A DNA stretch of 64,000 nucleotides from Eledone cirrhosa (lineage: Eukaryota). Below the pieces are notes generated by a model, which worked only from the letters and a program-made list of their open reading frames with translations, was not told where the DNA came from and did no database searches. Below are positions 11,686 to 23,362 of this stretch, piece after piece (within the stretch, counting starts at the first letter, position 1; each line of letters starts with the position of its first letter). The stretch spans positions 35,216,001-35,280,000 of the forward strand of contig OZ024754.1 of NCBI GenBank assembly GCA_964016885.1, written 5' to 3'. The translations under genes were made by a program, and so were the position numbers.

Positions 11686-12369
11686 CTGGAAAGAATTCAC
11701 AAGAATATACATAATTATTATCTTTAAGAACTGATATAGGCAGCAGAGCAGAAGAATATATAAAAAATTCTAATTTTGAAATTCAGTATTTTTTGTCAGA
11801 TATTACATTTTTTAGCTACACCTAAGAAACTCCAATGAGGGGCTGGATGCTGGATAGAAGATGGGCACTTCCAGACCTAAGGACCACTGAAATTTCATGA
11901 AGGTCAAACATCTAGAGTGGTACCCCAATGGGAACTTGATTAATTGACAAACCCTTAATATTTCTGTATGTATTGGATCTTTATCAGTTTCAGCAATGAG
12001 TGTTCTAGTTGTCTGCACAATAGAACAGCCTGTTCATGAAATTAATATGCAAGTGGCTGAGCATTCCAGAGATATACATATCCTTATGTAAAATTCCTTT
12101 TTCAAAATGTGAGTACATTTTTGGGAGACACTGTGTATGTATAGTAAAACGTGATAAAAACTGTTTTTGTTTTGCAATTGGTTTCCAGGTGTTCTCCAAT
12201 GACCTTGATCTACCAAAATCAATAAATGAGAGCCATTGAGGAAATTGAAAAGACCAAAATATAAACATGAATAATATTCAGTTATTAGATTATACCATAA
12301 TTATTTTTAACTTTTACACATATATTAATTTCTCTCTTATCACACAATGTAACTGGATTATAACAAATA

Positions 12370-13340
12370 TAATTTGATGTATACATAGCAGAGAGGTTTC
12401 AATTTGATGTATAAATAGCAGAAGCTTTAATTTAATGTAGACATAGCAGAGGCTTTAATTTGATGTACACATAGCAGAGATGTTTTAATTTGATGTATAA
12501 ATAGGAGAGATGTTTTAATTTGATGTATAAATAGCAGAAGCTTTAATTTAATGTAGACATAGCAGAGGCTTTAATTTGATGTATAAATAGGAGAGATGTT
12601 TTAATTTGATACATACATAGCAGAGGTTTTAATTTGATGTATACATAGCAGAGAGGTTTAAATTTGATGTATACATAATAGAGATATTTTAATTTGAAGT
12701 ATACAAAGCAGAGATGTTTTAATTTGATGTATACACAGCAGAGGTTTTAATTTGATGTATACATTGCAGAGAGGCTTTAATTTGATGTATACAATGTAGA
12801 GAGGTTTTAATTTGATGTATACATAACAGAGGTTTTAATTTGATTGCAGTGAGGTTTCAATTTGATGTATACATTGCAGAGAGGTTTTAATTTGATGTAT
12901 ACAATGTAGAGAGGTTTTAATTTGATGTATACATAACAGAGGTTTTAATTTGATTTATACGCAGCACAGAGGTTTTAATTTGATGTATACAATGTAGAGA
13001 GGTTTTAATTTTATGTATACATAGCAGAGGTTTTAATTTGATGTATACATTGCAGAGAGATTTTAATTTGATGTATACATAGGAGAGATGTTTTAATTTG
13101 ATGTATACAATGTAGAGAGGTTTTAATTTGATGTATACATAGCAGAGTTTTTAATTTGATGTATACATAACAGAGGTTTTAATTTGATTTATACATAGCA
13201 GAGGTTTTAATTTGATGTATACATAGCAGAGGTTTTAATTTGATGTATACATAGCAGAGGTTTTAATTTGATGTATACATAGGAGAGATGTTTTAATTTG
13301 ATGTATACAATGTAGAGAGGTTTTAATTTGATGTATACAA
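12370..13340. repeat. 28/30-bp minisatellite (more than 30 units) in Nav1 intron 3
   Basis: Unit TTTAATTTGATGTATACATAGCAGAG(AG)GT. Confidence 0.95.
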
Positions 13341-13548
13341 CAAATTAACTTAAATTACTACATGTTTTGAAATAACTTATAATTTTCAAAATTATTTAAA
13401 AATTATCGGCAATTTCTTTCATTAGAAACATGGTAACTTAGAGAGTTTTACAGAAAGTAATCTTGTATGAAAATGTTCAATGATAGATACATAAAAAACA
13501 TATAAAGACTTTTAAAGAAATTAGTAAAAAAAACAACATGTCACTTAC

Positions 13549-13632
13549 TCTGACGTGGGTAGGGGGTTTTCTTTCAAGGTCATGAATACACAGTTGCATA
13601 CAATGGTCGATATGACCACAAGGCTGAAAAGT
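13549..13632 (-). CDS. Nav1: Nav1 coding exon 3 (84 nt), DI-S1
   Basis: LFSLVVISTIVCNCVFMTLKENPLPTSE with the conserved NCVFM; donor GA|GTAAGT. Confidence 0.93.
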
Positions 13633-14450
13633 GTAAGGATGCTAAGGAAATAAATAACACAGAACTTCATATAAAATTACCACATTTCTTTGTGTATAAT
13701 ATGTCTTAAGCCAGAAGGCTCATTTGGCCGGTGCTTATCCCGGTTTCATGGCGTGAAACGACTGAGAGCACAAGACCCCCCTGGACAGGATGTCAGTCCA
13801 TTGCAGGGTTAAACTCCCAGCTATCCAGCCACAATTCTCTCACCTCTTTCTGTTCAAACCAGCTGTAACTAGCCACTAATACTGATGTTAAGGTATTGTT
13901 CTCAAAATAAATAATATCAAAATCTCATAGATTCAATATTATGTGAGATAAAGCCTTTACTATGAAAATACAATAGTAAATATAGAGTAATGTAAATGCT
14001 AAAGGGTTAAATCATTTTTTTTTTACACGTTATTTGTTTTCTTATGAGTCAGACAAGCTGATAACTTTTCATTGAAGTAAATACAAGTATGATACTATAT
14101 TTCTGGTCTAATAAGTTACATTACCTTAACTACTATTAAGATTTTTACATGGCCTAATAGTTAGGATGCTTGACATATGATCGTAATGTCATCAGTTCAA
14201 TTCCTGGACAGGCTGCTGTGTTTTGTTCTTGAGCAAAACACTTTATTTGGTGTTACCCCAGTATATTCAGCTGAGAGTGAGTATCAGTAGTAACTGGGGA
14301 GTTAAACCTGTGATAGACCATTATCCTGTCCAGGGGGAGTCTTGTACTCTGTTGGTTAATGCCAAGGAAATCGGAGATAAGCACTGGTCTGATGAGCCTT
14401 CGGCTTAGAACAGACATTGATGTCACTTGCTACTTCTGCTTAAAGTACAG

Positions 14451-14481
<31 letters not shown>

Positions 14482-15072
14482 TAAAATAACAGATTAAAGT
14501 TTAAGCAAAGAATCGCTGCTTTCACCCTTAACGGGATCTTCTGAAACTAGCGTTTACAGATTGACTTTGTTAGTTTCAGAAGATCCCGTTAAGGGTGAAA
14601 GCAGCGATTCTTTGCTTAAACTTTAATCTGTTATTTTAATAAATATTTGCTCTACGGTTCTTATATATATTTTCCTTATCGAGCCCTCTTTGGATTTTAG
14701 TCTTCAATTTTATTATTATTACTATATATATATATATAAAGTTATCTAGGGTTAAATTGTCATAACCATTTCACGTTTTTAAAGGACATTTAACTGAGAT
14801 TGAGTACCAGCAGTAGCTGGGGAGTTAACCCTGTGATAGACCAACATTATATCCTGGGAGAGTATTGTACTCTCAGTCGCTTAATGGCAAGGAAACTGGT
14901 GATCAACACAGGCCTGATAACCCTTCAGCTTAGAACAAACTTGAACTTAACTAACTACTGTTTAGCTTCTTTGGAATTGAACTTCAGACATCAGTATAAC
15001 ATACAAAAGCATTACCTGAAAAATGTTAGGAAATCAAAGTTATTTTAAAAGAAAATACACAAAAAAGGATAT
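13633..15072 (-). other. U12-type (minor spliceosome) AT-AC intron of Nav1
   Basis: 5' end ATATCCTTTT; branch-site-like TTCCTTAGC at 13649-13641; terminal AC at 13634-13633; this junction keeps the frame (HP|LFS). Confidence 0.93.
14474..14723 (+). mobile_element. Penelope-like pLTR remnant with a 76-bp perfect inverted duplication, inside the U12 intron
   Basis: Arms 14474-14549 and 14571-14646 with a 21-nt spacer; (TA)n on both sides; each arm carries AGTTT-CAGAAGA-TCCCGTTAAGGGT-GAAA-GCA...TGC-TT^-AAACT. Confidence 0.7.
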
Positions 15073-15191
15073 GGATGGACGAGTATACAAATTGCAAGTC
15101 GTCTTAGTGGGTTAAATGGATTCAACAGAAAAATTGCTTTCGTTGCAGAAAATCTGAAGATTGTTTTATCTCTTGCTATTACACAAAAGCA
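15073..15191 (-). CDS. Nav1: Nav1 coding exon 2 (119 nt), N-terminus to start of DI-S1
   Basis: Manual translation [40 protein letters not shown]; acceptor TTTTCCAG; ends at the U12 donor ATATCCTTT; not in the ORF track. Confidence 0.95.
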
Positions 15192-16379
15192 CTGGAAAAT
15201 AGAAAAAGAAGAACATACAAAAGATTAAAATATACTCTAGTGAAGTAGCAATGGAGTAGCCTGGGTTGTCAGTGCCCAGGTAAACCATTCCCGTGGCTCT
15301 GTCCTTGCTACACCACTATAATGTAGCAAGTAAATATAACTGAGGTACACTCTTTCACATCCCAAAAAATATCTTACACACCTTCATCATCACCATCACC
15401 ATCATTTTATACCTGTTTTTCATGTTGGCATAAATCAGACAGGTCATCATGGTCTGAGACTAAACTGGCTGGAGACCCATGCCTTGCTCATATACTCCAT
15501 ATTTGGTATGGTTTCTCTGTCTGGATGTGTTTCCTGGTGTCAACCACTTTGCAGAGTGTACTGGGTACATTTTAACATGGCACCAGTACTAACATTTTAC
15601 AGAGAGTGCTCTAGGTGTATTTTATTGCAGTGCCAGCACTACCACTTTACAGAATGTACTGGGTGCATGTTACCATTGCACCAACACTACCACTTATCTG
15701 AATATACTGTGGACATTTTATTATGGCACCAGCACTACTATATTACAGTATATACTGAGTACATTATATTATTGCACTAACACTACCACTTTACAGAATG
15801 AACTGGGTGCATTTTATCATGGCACCAGCACTACCACTTTACAGAGTGTACTAAGCACATTTTATCATGGTACCAGTACTAACACTTTACAGAGTGTACT
15901 GGGTGCATTTTATCATGGCACCAGCACTACCACTATACAGAGTGTACTGAGCACATTTTATCATGGTACCAGTAATATTTATATATCATACAAACCCAGA
16001 CTGTTGACAGTTTCTGTGCTACAGTCTGTTCATAATGTATATAAGGAGGTTTCTTATAGTTTTTAACTACTAAATTTACTTATGAGGCATTGGTTGACCT
16101 TTAGCTATGTATGTATGTATGTATTCTTCTGGTTTTATAATTTCACAAATTTTTTCCCAATAGAGAGAGAGTTGGTTTCTAATATAGACACAAGACTCTC
16201 TCATTGGAATTTACACAACATCAACTAGGTAGATTATGTATGCATGCATGCATGTGTAAATATGGATGTTATTTATGTGTGGATGTGTATGTTTTGAGTT
16301 GTATGTGTGCATGTGTATATGCTTTGTATCTGTACATGTGTATATGCAGTTATTAGATGTAAAATTTTTGGAATGTTTT

Positions 16380-16745
16380 ACATATTTTTACTGTTCCATT
16401 AATGGATTGTACTTGTAATTTCCTAACTAGTTGTGTTCTTTCTGTTCCAGTGCCCCAATAACCACAGGCATAAATATGAAGGTGTAATCAGGGTGGAGTA
16501 TCTGCAGATTTCTCATCAGTTCTGCATAAATATTCTCCTTTTCGCTAATCTTTGATATTATATTGGCATCTGCTGGGCAGCTAATTTCCACTACTGTGCA
16601 TGTTTTCTTCTCCCTGTCCCATATCATAATATCTGGTCTGTTATGCCTGCATTTTATTGGGATTTTTACTGGAAAATTCCACCAGTACTCTTTCATATTA
16701 TGTACATGGATGTCTTCCACATAGTTGTAGCTTTTAATGTGTTTA
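16380..16745 (-). mobile_element. R4/Dong-type LINE fragment (restriction-like endonuclease)
   Basis: WWNFPVK...HNRPDIMIWDREKKTCTVVEISCPAD...EKENIYAEL...MPVVIGAL is a PD-(D/E)xK RLE motif. Confidence 0.8.
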
Positions 16746-18675
16746 TCGGGGCCATCTTTTCTATGGATTGCATATGTATGTATGTATGTATGTATGTTTC
16801 TCTTTCTTTTAATTTCAAGTATATTTTTGACCGTTTTTATGTGTGTATGTGCATGTGTGCATATGCATGATTGTGTGTATGTGAGTTAGTAACATATGTT
16901 GCAAAATTATGATAGCAATGCAAACATTTAGTTAAAATTGTTTTTATTGATTTCTACCAATTGGAGAGCATCATTAGATGTTTAACTTCCTGTCCTAACT
17001 ACCAATTATATACAGCTGGATTGGCAGTATCGGTAGAGGGTTGGACGCCATGCTTTGACGCATAGAGTTACGGCCCTTGCCATTCTGAGTTCAAATCCCA
17101 CCGAGGTTAACTTTGCCTTTCATCCTTACGGGGGTCGATAAAATAAAGTACCAGTAATACACTGGGGTAATTGCTGGCCTTGTGCCAACAAGTAGAAACA
17201 ATTATTATTATAACCTCCTCCTCCCCCCACATCTACCTCCACCTCTACCTCCATTACCAGTGCTATGATGAAGTTCCTCTTGCAGCTCAGATTACCTAGC
17301 ATTGCTGTCTGCCTCCAGCCCAATGTCATCTTCAAGAACATTCTTCAGTGTGGTGGTTGGTCTCCCAACTCGTCTGCATGCATTAGGTTTCCAGAAAAGG
17401 ACTTTCTGCCAGCAGGTTCATTGTGGCAGTTCACTTGTTCTCCAGGTAATGCAAGCCCTCTATGCCTAATGAAGCCGGAAAGGCAAAGGTGAAAGGCGTA
17501 GAGCAATTTCTTTGCTATGTGTATTCTCCATGATATGTTCTGGAGTTTCTCAGTATCTGGGTGAATGTGCCAATAATCCTCTTTGTGACTGTTTGACTCA
17601 ATCTACAGATTGTTTGATGGATCAAATTTGTGACCTAATCTTTGTCTAATCACCTAAAAATTAGGATACAATTTTGATCCCTCTTACAATCTGGAGATAT
17701 GGTCAATATTGGGCCTTGAAATCTTAGGTAGCGCTTTTGTTCTGTGTATGAACATAAATAAATTATATAATAATAGAATATATATTATATGCTGTATATA
17801 TATGTATATCCAGTATCTATTATATACTGTGTATATTATATGCAGTATATATATGTATATCCAGTATCTATTATATACTGTGTATATTATATGCAGTATA
17901 TATATGTATATCCAGTATATATTATATACAGTTATATGCAGTATATGTTCTATACAGTATATATTATATATCATGTATATTATATACCATTGTGGTCTGT
18001 TTTCCTTGAGAAATTAGATAACAAATATTGTTCCAGGAAAAGCATACAACATTAAATTATTCCAGAAAAACCAATTCCACATTTGCTCCATTCAAAATAA
18101 GTTTAGAATTTAGAATGTAAAACCAATGGCATGCTTAATCCTGTTGATACTAAATGATATGAAAAAAAACTGTAACTGTTTATTTTAAAGTATTTATATT
18201 TATCAAAAAGTTTCCATCATAATTATATATAAGAACCTTTGTTAAATTTTGCTCCTAACATCAGCTTAACTCATTTGATACCAAATTCCCTGTAACTGGT
18301 CCTGGCTTGATGATACAAAACTGTTTATTTTAAAGTATTTATATTTATCAAAAAGTTTCCATCATAATTATATATAAGAACCTTTGTTAAATTTTGCTCC
18401 TAACATCAGCTTAACTCATTTGATACCAAATTCCCTGTAACTGGTCCTGGCTTGATGATACAAAACTGTTTATTTTAAAGCTTTTATATTCATAAAAAAA
18501 AAACAACCTTCCATCATAATTATGTGTAAGAATGTTTATGTTCTAAACATCAGTTTAATAACGAGGAAGTTATATTACTAAATCTCTCTAAATTCTTCAC
18601 ATTTTCAAAATTATATGTTAATTACAGACAATGTCTTTCATTTGAAATATGATAAAATAAATATGCTTAACAAAC

Positions 18676-18951
18676 CTTCAAATTATGATAGTACTCATCA
18701 AGATCTTCCAACGGCCGACCCTGAAACTTTCCAGGTACTTCCCCAATAGATGGGGGAAGCCCTTTACCAGCTTCAAACTTAGGGTTCGGCTTTAGTTCCA
18801 TAACATTTTCTTCTTCATCTGAATCTGCATCCTCTGCTTGAGCACGCCGCTCGGCAATTCGACGTTCAATGTCAAACAAGGTTTCCCTCGTGAACAACCG
18901 CAAATAACCGGCATTTCCCCTTTCCGCTTCTACATCTCTGTCCGTCTCCAT
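18676..18951 (-). CDS. Nav1: Voltage-gated Na+ channel alpha subunit, coding exon 1 (N-terminus; the exon including 5'UTR extends to 19037)
   Basis: ATG at 18951 in strong context GCCATGG; METDRDVEAERGNAGYLRLFTRETLFDIERRIAE...PNPKFEAGKGLP...GRPLEDLDEYYHNLK matches the Nav N-terminal motifs (FTRESL, LEAGK.LP, PLEDLD.YY); donor AAG|GTTTGT; acceptor poly-T-CAG at 19038-19040. Confidence 0.93.
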
Positions 18952-18999
18952 GGCTTCTATCACTACACTCCGTCTTAGCTAGCACCAACCACACTGATT

Positions 19000-19023
19000 C
19001 TAAAAAATGATCCAGTGTAGCAT
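19000..19023 (-). promoter_or_regulatory. Short upstream ORF (MLHWIIF*) in the Nav1 5'UTR
   Basis: ATG CTA CAC TGG ATC ATT TTT TAG inside the first coding exon, ending 48 nt before the main ATG. Confidence 0.5.
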
Positions 19024-19192
19024 TCCTTGAGGAAATACTGAAAAAAACAACAAAAAAAAAAAAAACAACACATTACTTCTTTATCCATTTAAAAAAAAAG
19101 CTTTAGAATAAATTAGAAATAATTAAATTTATAACAAGTTTACAAAGTCACAAATTTGGAAAATGTGGTGTTGTCAATTAAATTGCCCACAA

Positions 19193-19390
19193 TACATGGC
19201 TGAAAAGTTCATAGGATGACTATGAAGGAGTGATACTAAAGCTGTGAAATCTTGCATGCATTAATTTTAACTCTTCTTATTAAAAAACTGCATTGTTTCT
19301 TTCCAGGGACTATGTTGAAAAATATACCTCATTTGGTCATTTCATGAGAGTATTTTGGTCAGCCTATGAACTTTTCAGCTAACGCTCATG
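19193..19390. mobile_element. Mariner-like MITE; second copy at about 20475-20675
   Basis: Inverted ends GCTGAAAAGTTCATAGG / CCTATGAACTTTTCAGC. Confidence 0.7.
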
Positions 19391-19555
19391 TGTGTGTGTG
19401 TGTGTATCATCATCATCAACCTTGTTGATTAACGTATATCTTCCACGCTAGCATGGGTTAGATGGGTTTGTCCCTATTTTATATATATATATACATATGT
19501 TGATTTAAAACTGCACTATCCACAAGTGTTTTTTAGCCTTCATATCATGTTCTCC

Positions 19556-19626
19556 TGTTTTATCTGATGAAAACACAAATATTATTGCATGATGATGTTT
19601 GTTTTTGAAATGCGCATAATAAAATA
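19556..19626 (+). ncRNA. Minimal type I hammerhead ribozyme (Penelope-like element type)
   Basis: TGTTTTAT-CTGATGA-[long G:U-rich stem II]-GAAA-TGCGCA-TA^-ATAAAATA; 8-bp stem I, canonical core, palindromic stem III; within (TA)n flanks. Confidence 0.8.
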
Positions 19627-19656
19627 CATGGAACTCCTTTAACCATCTTTTGATCT

Positions 19657-19687
<31 letters not shown>

Positions 19688-19853
19688 CGGGGTAACAAAT
19701 AATAGTTATATGCAGTCCACTTAGGTGTAGTCCAATTATGGTATTCCGGGTAGTGGATGATATCAACGCTTGGCTAAGTTTGACTCAACATTACTACTTC
19801 ATATAGTAGCTTGTATATTCCTTTCATGCCTGTATATTCTCTTCATTCTCGCA

Positions 19854-19961
19854 AGCTCCGATGAACTGACTGGTTATAATTTTGTATTGGCGATCGAGTA
19901 ACGCGAAAACAAGCGGATAGCGATCTCTAGACCTACCAGTTCAGAGAAACAATTGTCAGCT
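19854..19961 (+). ncRNA. Hammerhead-like motif with CCGATGA core variant and long stem II
   Basis: AGCT-CCGATGA-ACTGACTGGT...ACCAGTTCAGA-GAAA-CAATTG-TC^-AGCT. Confidence 0.6.
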
Positions 19962-20429
19962 AAGATTAAAAACCTTTTTTGTATAGCAATACGTGTCAAT
20001 CTTCTTTCCTGATTTATATATATATATATATATCATCATCATCATCATCATCAACGTTTAACGTCCGTGTTCCACGCTTGCATGGGTTTGGACGGGGGTA
20101 GTCCCACTTGAGGCAAGAGTGATTGTCTTGCTCGCATAGGACTGTCTGGCAGGTTTTCTACAGTTGGATGCCCTTCCTAACACCAACCACATTTACAGTG
20201 TGGGTCTGGGAGGTTTTTACCGTGTTGCCTACACGGCCACATTACAGCGTGGACTGTGTGTTTTTTTGTCGTGACACCTACACGATCTCATTTGTTTCGG
20301 CCTGGATGGCGCGGCACCAACATAACTTTACATAGAAGGGGGTGGTGTGGATGGGGTGGGGGGTGGTGGTGGTGGGACGGGGTGTATTTTGTTAGAGATG
20401 CCTACTGGCTGGAGTATATATATATAAAA

Positions 20430-20476
<47 letters not shown>

Positions 20477-23074
20477 CAAAGGTTGACTGAAAAGTTCATT
20501 GGTTGTTTAAGAAGGTTTGATGCTAGAGCTGTGAAATCTTGCATGCATTAATTTTAACTCTTCTTATTAATAACTGCATTGTTTCTTTCCAGGGACTATG
20601 ATGAAAAATAAACCTCATTTGGTCATTTCATGAGAGTATCTTGGTCAGCCTTTGAACGTTTCAGTTGACCTTCATAGTAAACTGATATTTTATTTTCTTG
20701 ACTCACAGAAGAATGAAAAGCAAAGTTGATCCTCTCAGGATTTGAACCCAGAACATATGGAGCCAGAAAAAAATGAAAGATATACTACAAGAAAGTATGT
20801 TTAGAATGTGGCAACTGAAGTTTGAAATTGAAATATCAGGCTTCACTGTAACATTGACTAAATAGTATAGTCTAATAACGAGGTGTATAAACCTACTGAA
20901 TGGAAAAAGTTTAATAATTGTTTCTACTTTTGGAACAAGGCCAGTAAATTACTCAGTGCATTACTGGTACTTTATTTTATCGACCCTGTAAGGATGAAAG
21001 GCAAAGTAAACCTTGGTGGGATTTTAACTCAGAACATAAAGGCCCATAACTCTATGTGTCAAAGCATGGCGTCTAACCCTCTGCTGATACTGAAATAATA
21101 ATGATAATGAAATTATTGTGTACAGTGCTCAGGTGCACTACAACTCATCAAAGGTGCATGTATAGAACATAGAATAATTGTTTCTACTTTTGGCACAAGG
21201 CCAAAAATTACCTCAGTGAATTACTGGTGCTTTATTTTATCGACCCCGTAAGGATGAAAGGCAAAGTTAACCTCAGTGAGATTTTAACTCAGAACGTAAA
21301 GAGCCATGACTCTATGCTGTTAAGCATGGTGTCTGATGTTCTACCAATACTACTAATCCACCAGAATAATGTACAAATGTCAGGAAAGTTAACAGTGTAT
21401 GAGTCATGCGAGTGTATGGAGGGGAGATATCAGGTGTAGTGTTGGCGATTTTTGGGAAGCATGGAGGTTTTGAAGGATGCAGTATCCCAACAGCTAACAA
21501 CTGATGCAAATAGTTTGTTCCATACTTCAGCAACTCTGAGCGTGAAAAAATGTTTCCGAACATGGGAGCTGTGCTGTTTTCTGACTTTGTAGGCATACTT
21601 ACAGATGTTACACACATGGATAGACTATCATATCATCATTTTACGTCCGCTTTTCCCTGCTTGCAAGGGTGGGACGGGAACTGATTCTGGCTTGATTTCT
21701 ACAGCTGGATGCCCTTCCTAACACCAACCTCATTTACAGTGAGTGCTGGGTGCTCTTTTCCGTGGTGCCTACACGACCACTTTGCAGTGGAATGATAGGG
21801 AACCCAGTCCCTATCATCTCATTTCTACAGCTGAGTAAACTGGAGCAACATGAAATAAAGCGTCTTGCTCAAGGAAACAACACATCACCCGGTCTGAGAA
21901 TTGAACTCACAACCTTTCGATTGCAAGGCCAATGCTCTAACCACTAAGCCATGTGCCTCCACTATATCATTTGTAAAATGTTACAGCAAAGACTAATATT
22001 TCTATTCCAGTATACTACAAAGTACTTGATGCTCAACTGATTCTCTCCAATCGTTTGTCCTTAGATCAACAATAAAAACAGTTTCTAACATACATAAAAT
22101 ACCCCAATGAACAGATTTAGTTTAACTTTTATCATCCTGTACCACATAGAACCACATTAGCAAGACATTCTTAAAAACTACAAACCAGCACTATGACTAC
22201 ATCACTTTAAAAATTAAAATATTTACTCTGATACTGCAAATTTTTATAACATTCTATCCATTATTAAAGCTACTAGGCGGTGGATTGGCAGTATCAGTGG
22301 AGGGTCGGACGCCATGCTTTCCAGCATAGTTACGTCCCTTTACGATCTGAGTTCAAATCCCGCTGAGGTTGACTTTGCCTTTCATCCTTACTGGGTCGAT
22401 AAAATAAAGTACCAGTAATGCACTGGGTAATTGCTGGCCTTGTGCCTAAAGTAGAAACAATTATTAAAGCTACTGGAATGGCAGTATTGGTAGAGAGTCG
22501 AACACCATGCTTTGCAGCTCAGAGTTACAGTCCTTTATGGTCTGAGTTCAAATCCCGCTGAGGTTAACTTTACCTTTCATCCTTATGGAGTTGATAAAAT
22601 AACGCACCAGTAATGTACTGGGGGTTGATTTAATCAGCTTTTCCCTCCCCCCCCAAATTACTGGCCTTGTGCCTATACCAGAAATCATTATTAAAGCTAC
22701 TGTAAACATTTCAATAAGTAAACGACATTAGCAAGATATTCTAGAAAAGTAGAAAACTGCAGTATGACTGCATCACATTAAGATTTGTAGTCATTACTTT
22801 CATAATTCAAATTTTCACAACAATCTGTCCTCTAGTAGAAATACTATAAAGATTTGCGTTAATAAACTCGTTTTCAGATATTTTCCCCTAAAATCATTAC
22901 AGGACGTAAAGGGTTGATAAATAATCATCTATCGAGGATAAACAAATCCGATGAATTAGGAACGGAATCAAAATAAGAGAGAGTGACAGGCTGGAATATA
23001 TTTAGAAAGTAATACAAACAAAATATTCTCATTGAGAAAGCTGTATCTAAGCAAAGACATTAAATACCCCCACC

Positions 23075-23123
<49 letters not shown>

Positions 23124-23362
23124 ATGGCAACTCTGACATCCAATTATGCAGCCTCCCTTACCTAAAATCATTACAATTGCATCTTCTCATCTGTTAATGC
23201 TATTTACAAAACACACACACATTAGAATAGCTATAACACACACACTGATATTACAATGGCTATCATACACATACATATATATATATATATATTACAATGG
23301 TTCTCATACATACACACACACGCATATATATATTACAATAGCTCTCACACACACACACACAA

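Noticed and set aside
14385-14415. CTGATGA-GCCTTCGGC hairpin as a hammerhead
   Set aside because: No GAAA or stem III after the hairpin; it is the 3' tail of a tRNA-derived SINE (about 14150-14420)
22276-22370. tRNA gene (A/B boxes)
   Set aside because: Head of a high-copy SINE; no cloverleaf and continuous with the SINE body
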